Assembly: GCA_001897305.1 (NCBI GenBank)
Contig: MKSO01000001.1
Coordinates: 540,001-572,000, forward strand
Source: Candidatus Saccharimonadota bacterium
GTDB lineage: Bacteria; Patescibacteriota; Saccharimonadia; Saccharimonadales; Saccharimonadaceae
Direction of reading: 5' to 3'
DNA: 32,000 nucleotides
Both the position numbers and the translations under genes were made by a program. The notes beneath the pieces were generated by a model that was not told the origin of the DNA, did no database searches, and saw nothing but the letters and a program-made list of their open reading frames with translations. Shown here one piece after another: positions 19,791 through 26,957 of the stretch; position 1 is the stretch's first letter; each line of letters begins with the position of its first letter.

Positions 19791-20160
19791 AAGCCAATCT
19801 CCCCGGCGGATCGTTCAAACGCAGTATGGGTCAAAGCGTTGAAGACCGATTACCTACCTCGTAAAAAAGACACTTCCAAAAGATATTACCCTCTTGGAAG
19901 TGTCCTTGTTTATTCAATAAGACCCTTCTAAGAAAAGTCTACACCTTACGACCCCTGTAGGTCAAGGGGTCGATTTTATGACCGGCTGGTACGCCGAAAA
20001 AACTTCTCCCAAAGATTATAAAAGAAAATAGCGGTGCGACGGTTGACTCCAATCCCGTCCGACCCGAAAATGGGACAGTTACCAGAGGTGCTGCGCGGCC
20101 GGATACTTATATCCGCTCTGGCTAACGGACGCTAAATGTAATGAAAAAGGAGGTTTATTT

Positions 20161-20424
20161 ATGAAAACCCTACCACGTATCAACCCGTATAAAAAAGAGA
20201 TCGCCTACTCTATCGAGGAAGTTGCCAAGAAGCTCAGCTTATCACCAGAGGAAGTCGACGAGGCGGTTAATCAAGGACTGCTCCGGATGGTCTTCTTCGG
20301 CAAAGAGGAACGTATCCTCGCCGCCGATCTGACGGAGTACATCGAGAATATCCGCAAGTCTTCCTACCTGCCCGATTGGGAGGCTGCTGTCGCTGGCATC
20401 GGTCGCAAGAAGCGATCCCGCTAG
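20161..20424 (+). CDS. Small helix-turn-helix DNA-binding protein (excisionase/MerR-like HTH)
   Basis: 87 aa with a strong RBS (AAAGGAGG). YSIEEVAKKLSLSPEEVDEAVNQGLL fits an excisionase-type HTH, and the C-terminus is basic. Confidence 0.65.
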   Translation: MKTLPRINPYKKEIAYSIEEVAKKLSLSPEEVDEAVNQGLLRMVFFGKEERILAADLTEYIENIRKSSYLPDWEAAVAGIGRKKRSR

Positions 20425-20437
20425 TACCTAAAAAGCA

Positions 20438-20464
20438 AGCCGCCCGCGACTGAACCGGGCGGCT
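20438..20464. terminator. Bidirectional stem-loop terminator
   Basis: 9-bp GC-rich stem agccgcccg / cgggcggct with a 9-nt loop. It is followed by tttgtac on the + strand and by tgcttttt on the minus strand. Confidence 0.55.
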
Positions 20465-20614
20465 TTGTACTATTCGTCTTACTTTATAAAGTTTAAGAAA
20501 GGACTTTTTAGTAGTAAGACTGGTTATGCAGGTCGGATACTATATGGCACTGACGCAAGATCCGTAGACCTTGCATATCACGCCCCGACAGGTGTCGATC
20601 TGTCGAACTAGTAT

Positions 20615-20739
20615 ACCGGGCAACTCGGAAACCGATGTTCGTGTTCGAGTTCGACGCAGAATTGTTCAAATTGAGCGTCAAGACCCCGGCATTGGAGCCA
20701 TTGTTCCAATTGCCGCCGCGGATGAACGCGCGAGAAGCT
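20615..20739 (-). repeat. DGR template repeat (TR)
   Basis: It is 125 nt, with 114/125 identity to 22392-22516. Ten of the 11 mismatches fall where this copy has T on the + strand (A on the minus strand). In the target reading frame it is rich in AAY codons. Confidence 0.9.
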
Positions 20740-20760
20740 TCAGACCCGATAACCGTAACC

Positions 20761-20784
20761 AGTATATCGCTTTACGCTTATACT
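20761..20784. promoter_or_regulatory. Candidate back-to-back divergent -10 elements between TR and RT
   Basis: Inverted repeat AGTATA (20761-20766) - N12 - TATACT (20779-20784). It puts a TATACT hexamer on each strand, one facing the RT ATG (20793) and one facing the TR. The -35 matches are weak (3/6). Confidence 0.35.
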
Positions 20785-20792
20785 AGGAATAG

Positions 20793-21956
20793 ATGACGAT
20801 GTTAGATGCCACCGCTTTTGCTAAGATTGCTTCACTAGAGGCCTTAGCAAAAGCCCATAAAAAGGCGTTGATAGGAAAGCGCAACAGCCACTCGGCAACG
20901 GCCACCAACTTCCGCTTCATGAGTGATCTGCTTCAAATCCAGAGAGAATTGGTGTCCGGCTCGTACCGCCCGATGGATTATCGTCGCCGGATCATCCGTG
21001 AACCCAAAGTCCGGATGATTGAGGCTCCGGCCTTTCGGGACCGGATTGTTCACCACGCCATGCACGGCATTCTTAGCCCATTCTACGAACGTTCCTTTAT
21101 TCGTGATTCTTATGCATGTCGGCCAGATAAGGGAATCCACCGAGCAATGGCGAGGGTGCAACATTTCCTCAGAAGCGAACCGAACTTGTACGTCTGTAAA
21201 ATTGATATCTCCAAATACTACCCGTCGGTGAATCACGCTAAACTCCGTGAGCTGTTGCGTCGCAAGATAGATGATCCGAGGTTGCTCCGACTTTTGGATG
21301 TCATTATTGACAGTAGTGACAGCGGCGATGAACACGACTACCTATTCCCAACTGACTCCAACTACCATACAAAAGGTCGGCGCGGTATTCCTATCGGGAA
21401 CCTGACCTCCCAGCTCTTTGCCAATATTTATCTTCATGAGGCGGATATGTTTGCGAAGCAGTCGCTTCACGCCAAGTTCTACATCCGCTACATGGACGAC
21501 ATCCTGCTCTTTCATCAAGACAAAGCCGTTTTGCAAGAGTGGCAACGAAAGATCACGGCGTTTCTATACGATGAACTGTACTTGACGGTGAATCCGAGAA
21601 AAGTCCGCATCTATCCAAGTCGTCTGGGAGTCGACTTTGTCGGTTATATCATGTATCCGTATGGTAAACGGGTACGGGCATCGTCGCTCCGAAGATTCCG
21701 ACGGAAGTTCCACCGCAACCTCAAAGCCTACCATAAAGGCGCGGTCAGTGAACAACGGCTGGATGATATGGTGAACGCGTGGTCGGCTCATGTGAGGCAT
21801 GGGAGTGGTGAACCGCTCATTAAGCAAATCACCGAGGAGCTGGATTCCCACAAGTTCATTGCATTTGTCAGGAAGAAGCACCGCCAGAATTTACGGAGGC
21901 TCCGAAAGCCGACCCAATTGTCACTGCTCGACTTCGACGGCTCGGATAGTCGGTAG
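20793..21956 (+). CDS. DGR reverse transcriptase
   Basis: 387 aa. RT motifs include RMIEAP.FRDRIVHHA and YIRYMDDILLF (YxDD box). It also has the DGR-RT signature [I/L]GxxxSQ as IGNLTSQ. The TR is adjacent. Confidence 0.93.
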   Translation: MTMLDATAFAKIASLEALAKAHKKALIGKRNSHSATATNFRFMSDLLQIQRELVSGSYRPMDYRRRIIREPKVRMIEAPAFRDRIVHHAMHGILSPFYERSFIRDSYACRPDKGIHRAMARVQHFLRSEPNLYVCKIDISKYYPSVNHAKLRELLRRKIDDPRLLRLLDVIIDSSDSGDEHDYLFPTDSNYHTKGRRGIPIGNLTSQLFANIYLHEADMFAKQSLHAKFYIRYMDDILLFHQDKAVLQEWQRKITAFLYDELYLTVNPRKVRIYPSRLGVDFVGYIMYPYGKRVRASSLRRFRRKFHRNLKAYHKGAVSEQRLDDMVNAWSAHVRHGSGEPLIKQITEELDSHKFIAFVRKKHRQNLRRLRKPTQLSLLDFDGSDSR

Positions 21957-22307
21957 CCGTTTGTCGCGGGCTGTCTTGATCCACCCACCGGTCATCTTCC
22001 CTACTTCATCGATCCGCTTGGTGATGTGTCCGAGGCTTTTGGCACTAAGGAACTTCATCTCGAACCCAATCCGAAGTAGTCCTCGAAGTACTTCCAACTC
22101 CGTGTTCAGGTCATCCAGCTTCAAGAGTGTCTTCTCTGGATTTTTCAGATTGTTGGCTTGAATGATGAGCCGCAGACACGCGAGGGCGCTGGTTTCAATC
22201 TGTTGTCCCAGCACGAAGCGTTGTTTCTTCGGAAAGGTATTAACCTTATCGAAGATCCATTGCTGCACTTCGAGCATACGGGTGTAGATGATAAAATCCG
22301 GTTTCAT
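21921..22307 (-). CDS. Accessory variability determinant (Avd-like four-helix-bundle protein)
   Basis: 128 aa with a helical pattern: FPKKQRFVLGQQIETSALACLRLIIQAN...LDDLNTELEVLRGLLRIGFEMKFLS...GKMTGGW. This resembles the Avd / 23S-rRNA-IVS protein family. It lies directly downstream of the VR gene, and its 3' end overlaps the RT 3' end convergently by 36 nt. Confidence 0.8.
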   Translation of the reverse strand: MKPDFIIYTRMLEVQQWIFDKVNTFPKKQRFVLGQQIETSALACLRLIIQANNLKNPEKTLLKLDDLNTELEVLRGLLRIGFEMKFLSAKSLGHITKRIDEVGKMTGGWIKTARDKRLPTIRAVEVEQ

Positions 22308-22389
22308 GGGTGCATAGAGGAAGAAAAGATTAAAGATTTAATGTTGTAAGAACTAAGAGTTCAAGAGACAAAAGCTAGGGTCGGGAGTA

Positions 22390-23397
22390 TCACCGGGCAA
22401 CTCGGAAACCGATGTGCGCGTTCGAGTACGACGCAGAATTGCTCAAATAGAGCGCCAAGACCCCGGCATTGGAGCCATAGTTCCAAGGGCCGCCGCGGCG
22501 GAACGCGCGAGAAGCTGAGTCCGCATAGTTCGCGTAAATCTGCCCAACACCCTTACCAGCTCCCCAAGTAATACCAGAAAGACTGACGTTATTGACCGGG
22601 TTTGTCCAACCGTTTAAGGTTGCTGGCTTACTGACGTTTGCTAAGTTGCCGAGACTCAGTGAACCAAGCGTGTAGTCGCGCCAGTTGAATGCTGAGTCGC
22701 CAGAGACACCGACGTTGCTCATAGTGAGTGTTGGTGTACCAATGGCTTGCTGTGTCCATTCCCACACATTACCAGAGAAGTCCCAAATTGCGTCGCCAGA
22801 TGAAAGGTACAGTACGCGAGAGCTGTTATTGCCGGAGTTGGTTCCGATACCACCGGTCATGCCATTCAGGTTGTCGGTATCATCGTCCGAAGCCGCCAAC
22901 GCGCTTCCTGGGTTGTTGTTTACGTGACCCTGATAGATGATTCCGGAGTTCACGCTGCCACCAGACCAGTTCTGTTTCATCGAGAGTACATCAGCCGCAA
23001 TCGTCATCCATTCCGCCTCGGTCAGCAGGTGCCCGCCAGCATTGGTAGACTGCGTAATCGCATCCGTTTGTGTGATCGAGACCCACGGCGCACCGGAAGC
23101 CTGTGAGGTAGCCACGCCACTGACGTTCTTGGCTTCGTACTTCATGACACAGAACGGCGAGGTACCGAGTGTGGAATTGCCGTAGACAAATGAGTAACCA
23201 GCGGGACAATCGTCGATGCCGTTCTGGGCGCGGTAGACAGCAGCCTTTGTTTGGAGTTGCTTGATATCTGCGGTCAGGGCAGCCTTGTTGGCGTTCTGAG
23301 TGATGCCGGTGTACGCCACGATGGTAATCGCCGCAAGAATACCAATCACCACGATGACGATCAGGAGTTCGACGATAGTAAAACCGCGACGATTCAT
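22390..23397 (-). CDS. DGR target protein: type IV prepilin-like N-terminus plus FGE-sulfatase/C-type-lectin-like domain ending in the VR
   Basis: 335 aa. The N-terminus MNRRG|FTIVELLIVIVVIGILAAITIVAY is a class III signal (Gly-1, Phe+1, Glu+5). FGE/SUMF-type blocks are present: HLLTEAEWMTIA, GNVWEWTQ, and RGGPWNYG...GFRVAR at the C-terminus. Confidence 0.9.
   Translation of the reverse strand: MNRRGFTIVELLIVIVVIGILAAITIVAYTGITQNANKAALTADIKQLQTKAAVYRAQNGIDDCPAGYSFVYGNSTLGTSPFCVMKYEAKNVSGVATSQASGAPWVSITQTDAITQSTNAGGHLLTEAEWMTIAADVLSMKQNWSGGSVNSGIIYQGHVNNNPGSALAASDDDTDNLNGMTGGIGTNSGNNSSRVLYLSSGDAIWDFSGNVWEWTQQAIGTPTLTMSNVGVSGDSAFNWRDYTLGSLSLGNLANVSKPATLNGWTNPVNNVSLSGITWGAGKGVGQIYANYADSASRAFRRGGPWNYGSNAGVLALYLSNSASYSNAHIGFRVAR
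22392..22516 (-). repeat. DGR variable repeat (VR), last ~41 codons of the target gene
   Basis: It is the counterpart of the TR and ends 2 nt before the TGA stop. Codon changes TR to VR: ATC>CGC, AAT>CCT, AAT>TAT, ACG>GCG, AAT>TAT, AAC>AGC, AAC>TAC, ACG>GCG, AAC>CAC. Confidence 0.9.
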
Positions 23398-23434
23398 CTG
23401 GTTAGAACCTCGCGGTAGATTTCTTATTCTGGCT

Positions 23435-23458
23435 AGAGAGAGAGAGAGAGAGAGAGAG
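23435..23458. repeat. (AG)12 dinucleotide microsatellite ((CT)12 on the gene strand)
   Basis: Twelve perfect AG units counted directly. The tract lies 37 nt upstream of the target-gene ATG (23397), within its promoter or 5' leader. Confidence 0.95.
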
Positions 23459-23636
23459 CTTTACTTATTTCATTTTTATTGTTTAGTAAGTATTTCACTG
23501 TTTTGCCCGTACCCTTTCGAAAATCTGCGTCGACTAGCGTTGTTATTTAGTCATTACTCAAATTGTATCATAAGCAGTATTGAGCGCAACCCTTTGCTCC
23601 CAGCAAACCATAAGTTTTTACCGCGTCATCCAGGGG

Positions 23637-23667
23637 ACTTCGCCTTTTCTTCCAGAAAAACCGAAGT
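23637..23667 (-). terminator. Stem-loop just after the stop of the 400-aa ORF (possible terminator)
   Basis: acttcg/cgaagt (6 bp) plus ttttc/gaaaa (5 bp), with a small internal loop and a 5-nt apical loop, starting 5 nt after the TAA. There is no clean T-tail, so support is weak. Confidence 0.3.
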
Positions 23668-23671
23668 GTGC

Positions 23672-24853
23672 TTATGGCTTCTGGCGTTTCATCTGTTTGA
23701 CCAGCATTTGATGTATGGCATACGTGAGGGCATTGTCCTCGTATACGAACCCCTCGCGGTTGAACGGGCTTTCTGGTGGCTCCCCTGCCTCCACATGCTT
23801 TTCCCAAACAAGCTCGTCCGTATAGTCAGTAATGCCTAACGCCTGTTTGATAATCTTCTGCATCCCAATCCCAAAAACGAGCAGGGCAATATCAAGGTGT
23901 CTTTGCTTATCGAGGAAGTTGTAGTCATCGGACTTAATCTTGTCACCGTGAATAATTGCGCTTCTCAGTTCATAAAACCTATCAGCCCACATCACCTTGA
24001 TACTTTCATGTTCCCAAACAGCTGGTGCTCTACCGCGAGAACTTTTATAACGACGCTTCGGATCACTCGGCAGAACAAACATGCTATTCATTGTGTTCTT
24101 CAAGTGTTCCCTTTGTCGAGAGTCCGGAATATCAAACAGGGTTTCAAGTGCGCTAGACATCGACAAGACTCGTTGAGATTCTGGAATCTTATCATCATTA
24201 TAATAAGCCTGAACGACAACCTCGATAGCCTGTATGATGCGTCGATACAGTTTCTTGTTCTTCCTATAAAGGCGGGCTAATAGTCCCAAGGTATCATCGT
24301 CAATATTAAATGACATCGGTGACATCACCTGCTGTGGTCGCCGGAAGATCATATCACCCAGCTTGTAGCCCATATCATTCTTCTGGATGATGGACCCGCC
24401 TCGGATACCGAAGTGATCGTCTTGCGTACTGAAGCCCTGCCACACCATATCGAAGTTCTCCGACACAACCATTCGGTGACCTCGGTTTACGTCCGTCAGG
24501 ATTTTTAGGTTCCATACCAACGCACCAGCGAACAGGCGGAGCCTTGCCTCTCGTGCCAGTTTCCGTTCACTGTCGGTATATTCTCGAAAATCTATATCAC
24601 CAACACTGATAATGCCCATATCTGAAATTGCCTCATCGGCTAGTGTACCCATACCCTGAAAGACGTAGTGAACGTTGCTCCCCATGATTGTATCCAGCCT
24701 CGCAAGTACATCCGGATCGGTGATGTAGGCATTCTTCATCAAACCGTAGTTCCAAATCTTAACAGTAAGGTCTGGGAAGTTGACCTCATTCACATCTTTC
24801 ATATTTAGGTAGGGGATGTAGTTGACCTGCATTTCTAGAATCCTAACTGCCAT
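23672..24853 (-). CDS. Hypothetical protein B of an unknown two-gene cassette; C-terminal HEPN-like domain
   Basis: The track start at 24874 is GTG. ATGs at 24853 and 24832 are alternatives; 24832 lies 2 nt after the stop of the upstream ORF. The C-terminal helical region contains SSALETLF...ADRFYELRSAIIHGDK (R-x4-H at 23948-23965). No Walker motif. Confidence 0.75.
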   Translation of the reverse strand: MAVRILEMQVNYIPYLNMKDVNEVNFPDLTVKIWNYGLMKNAYITDPDVLARLDTIMGSNVHYVFQGMGTLADEAISDMGIISVGDIDFREYTDSERKLAREARLRLFAGALVWNLKILTDVNRGHRMVVSENFDMVWQGFSTQDDHFGIRGGSIIQKNDMGYKLGDMIFRRPQQVMSPMSFNIDDDTLGLLARLYRKNKKLYRRIIQAIEVVVQAYYNDDKIPESQRVLSMSSALETLFDIPDSRQREHLKNTMNSMFVLPSDPKRRYKSSRGRAPAVWEHESIKVMWADRFYELRSAIIHGDKIKSDDYNFLDKQRHLDIALLVFGIGMQKIIKQALGITDYTDELVWEKHVEAGEPPESPFNREGFVYEDNALTYAIHQMLVKQMKRQKP

Positions 24854-26370
24854 CGTATCGTCAGCCTGTTCCACTCCGAGAACGTGTCACTTGTTGGGTG
24901 ATTATCTTTTGGAGGGGGTGGCATGTTCGTCAAGTTAGCCGCCTGGACATGGCTCAGTTTCTCAACCGGTGTCGCTCGCATAAGATCATTGACTAGTATC
25001 ACTACCTCCTCGAATAGCTTGTCTACCAGCGTCGCTGGATTGACTTCGTTGAGATTAGCACCGAGGGGCTTCACTCCCCACGCGTCGCGTCCGCCGAGTG
25101 CGTCCATCGAAAGCAAGATATCCGCTTCGTCGTCTTTCGGCAGCCCGAGGATGGTTTCTGTCTTGTTGCCGCTCTGTTTGGTGATGCCTTTGATTGCTTC
25201 ACCGTGGATAGAATTTCGTAGCTTGGTCAGAACGGTAAGCCGATGAGCATTATCGCTCCCCTTTGCCACGGCCGCCGCAAGATTGGCATCCAGCTTCGCA
25301 ACGTCCTTTATCCAGTCTCGTTGCCATGCCGCATTATGTGCTTTGGCCGGATTCATACCGAGGACATAATGTGCCACCCTCGCACTAGCATCAATCGCTC
25401 CCATCAAGGTCATCAAGGTATTGTCGAACGTGCCGAGTACGTCATCATTGATGTCGTTGTTGGTCTTGGAGTTGATGCCGATATGAATCTGGTCCCGTAG
25501 TTCGAGCGATCGTTGCATCCGGCTCATCACCGCACTAGCCAAGTACATCAGCTTATCGTCTTTCGTTCCGGACGAGTGGTGGACGCAAGCCGAAAACCAA
25601 CGCCACGTTTCGGGTACTAACTCGCGCATCCCAACCCAATAGAACATTCCCCTATTTAAATGGTAGCGGAATTTCTTTTGACCAGTCGGAATAATGAACT
25701 CACGTTGCGCCCGCAAATATAAAGAAACAGCCGAGATCGCATCGTCTGGTTGGCAAATAGTTATTGCCCGACCAGCTGCAATACGCCGTGACGGTGCGTA
25801 GAGATAAGGGCGGGTGGTGATATAGATATCAGCATCAATACAGTCGTCGGCGACTTGGACGGCAATCGCATCGGCTTGTCTTTTATCGGCCGCGTCATCA
25901 CCAGTGTAAGTCTTATCAGTAGCGTCGTCCCTTGCTGCAGTGTACAGGTCACCCATAACGCCAGAGTAAGATGCGTTCTTGTCGTCGAGTGCATAGGTCA
26001 CCGGACATAAACCGTTTGACTTTTGTGGGTATAGGACTGCATATCCCTCGTAGGTTGGTTCGATGTTCGGGTTGCCTGTTTCGATTGGCTCGACCGATGC
26101 CGGTGGAGTTTCGGTGTAGCGGTATAGTTCAATCAAGTCGTTATAGAGGAGGCTTCTCAGCAACAGCCCTTTCGTCGGAGTGCCTCGCATGTCCGAAGTG
26201 GTCGATTCATCGAACAGCTCACTATCGATCATGACGCGAAGTTTGCGGAATGGAGCGCGGCGGTCGAACACACTGTCTGTTCTATCTGGCGATTCTGGCC
26301 ATACAGCATTACGCCACATGGCGTTCTTGGCCGTCTTGTTAAACTGCGTCACTCCCATAATATCTTCCAT
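24835..26370 (-). CDS. Hypothetical protein A of an unknown two-gene cassette; HEPN-like R-x3-H motifs
   Basis: 511 aa, ATG at 26370. The C-terminal half is helical and carries LELRDQIHIG and TKLRNSIHGEA (25204-25218). No NTPase or other motif that I recognise. Confidence 0.8.
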   Translation of the reverse strand: MEDIMGVTQFNKTAKNAMWRNAVWPESPDRTDSVFDRRAPFRKLRVMIDSELFDESTTSDMRGTPTKGLLLRSLLYNDLIELYRYTETPPASVEPIETGNPNIEPTYEGYAVLYPQKSNGLCPVTYALDDKNASYSGVMGDLYTAARDDATDKTYTGDDAADKRQADAIAVQVADDCIDADIYITTRPYLYAPSRRIAAGRAITICQPDDAISAVSLYLRAQREFIIPTGQKKFRYHLNRGMFYWVGMRELVPETWRWFSACVHHSSGTKDDKLMYLASAVMSRMQRSLELRDQIHIGINSKTNNDINDDVLGTFDNTLMTLMGAIDASARVAHYVLGMNPAKAHNAAWQRDWIKDVAKLDANLAAAVAKGSDNAHRLTVLTKLRNSIHGEAIKGITKQSGNKTETILGLPKDDEADILLSMDALGGRDAWGVKPLGANLNEVNPATLVDKLFEEVVILVNDLMRATPVEKLSHVQAANLTNMPPPPKDNHPTSDTFSEWNRLTIRWQLGF

Positions 26371-26554
26371 TATATCTCTTTAGGAAGAGTTCTTCCTCCT
26401 CTGTCTTCTTCATGATACGGGTAGACCTGAATCTATCAAGGTCGTTCGTCCACTGGTAAACGTCAGGGGCGCTCCATCTTGACAGCTTCAGCCTTACCCT
26501 GTGCCTCGTTAGACAGAGAGGCAGAAAGCCCTCTCAAGAAGCAAAGGAGGGTCT

Positions 26555-26887
26555 ATGACCACGAAGATACTAACCAAGCAAAAGGAAACGAGTGCCAAGA
26601 TAGCAAGGCTCAACGATGAGTTCCGAGCAGTCGAGATGCTAACGCTCACCAAAGGAATCTATGAGCTTCACGATGTGCTAGGATTGATCCGGGCAGTCAG
26701 GGAGTACAAGGACTTCAACAAAGATAATGACCCGTACGGCGAGCATGATTTCGGCTCGTTTGTCTGGGAGGGTAAAAAGATCTTCTGGAAGATTGACTAC
26801 TACGACCCGAGTTTCGAGCTGTGGTGCGACCCGTTGCACCCGGAATGCGAGCGGGTACTGACCGTGATGCTAGCCGAGGAATACTAA
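26555..26887 (+). CDS. DUF3768-like protein
   Basis: 110 aa with RBS AAGGAGG. The sequence NDPYGEHDFGSF..GKKIFWKIDYYD...ERVLTVMLAEEY matches my memory of the DUF3768 family found on plasmids and ICEs. Confidence 0.7.
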   Translation: MTTKILTKQKETSAKIARLNDEFRAVEMLTLTKGIYELHDVLGLIRAVREYKDFNKDNDPYGEHDFGSFVWEGKKIFWKIDYYDPSFELWCDPLHPECERVLTVMLAEEY

Positions 26888-26957
26888 GTCCTCGGTTTTT
26901 AAGTCCTGAGCGCGACTGAAAACCGCTCGACCAAACTAACCTACAAAGGAGATTGAT

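Larger units (their letters stand above)
20430..20755 (-). ncRNA. Predicted DGR TR-containing RNA (TR plus ~150-nt structured 3' spacer)
   Basis: The TR adenines lie on the minus strand, so the template RNA must be minus-sense. Three stem-loops lie 3' of the TR on that strand: 20586-20605, 20526-20576 and 20476-20520. The bidirectional terminator follows. Transcript ends are inferred, not observed. Confidence 0.4.

Noticed and set aside
20571-20786. 71-aa plus-strand ORF in the track, upstream of the RT
   Set aside because: It starts at TTG and simply reads across the DGR template repeat on the non-template strand. The region is explained by the TR and its flanking promoter and hairpin elements.
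20793-21956. Alternative reading of the RT as a retron or group II intron reverse transcriptase
   Set aside because: A TR/VR pair with adenine-specific differences, an Avd-like gene and the IGxxxSQ motif all point to a DGR. I see no intron RNA domain V/VI-like structure, no maturase or endonuclease extension, and no msr/msd-type repeats.
21799-22349. Plus-strand ORFs (120 aa and 63 aa) across the Avd region
   Set aside because: They are antisense to the Avd-like gene, which has the better start (ATG), the expected size and the expected position for a DGR accessory gene.
23300-23839. 179-aa plus-strand ORF spanning the microsatellite (contains RERERERE)
   Set aside because: It is antisense to the pilin-like gene's N-terminus and to the end of the 400-aa ORF. 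The low-complexity stretch is just the translated (AG)12 tract.
26383-26398. Small palindrome aggaag-agtt-cttcct just upstream of the 511-aa ORF, considered as an operator
   Set aside because: It is a 6-bp stem only, with no repeat partner or adjacent regulator. That is too little to call.
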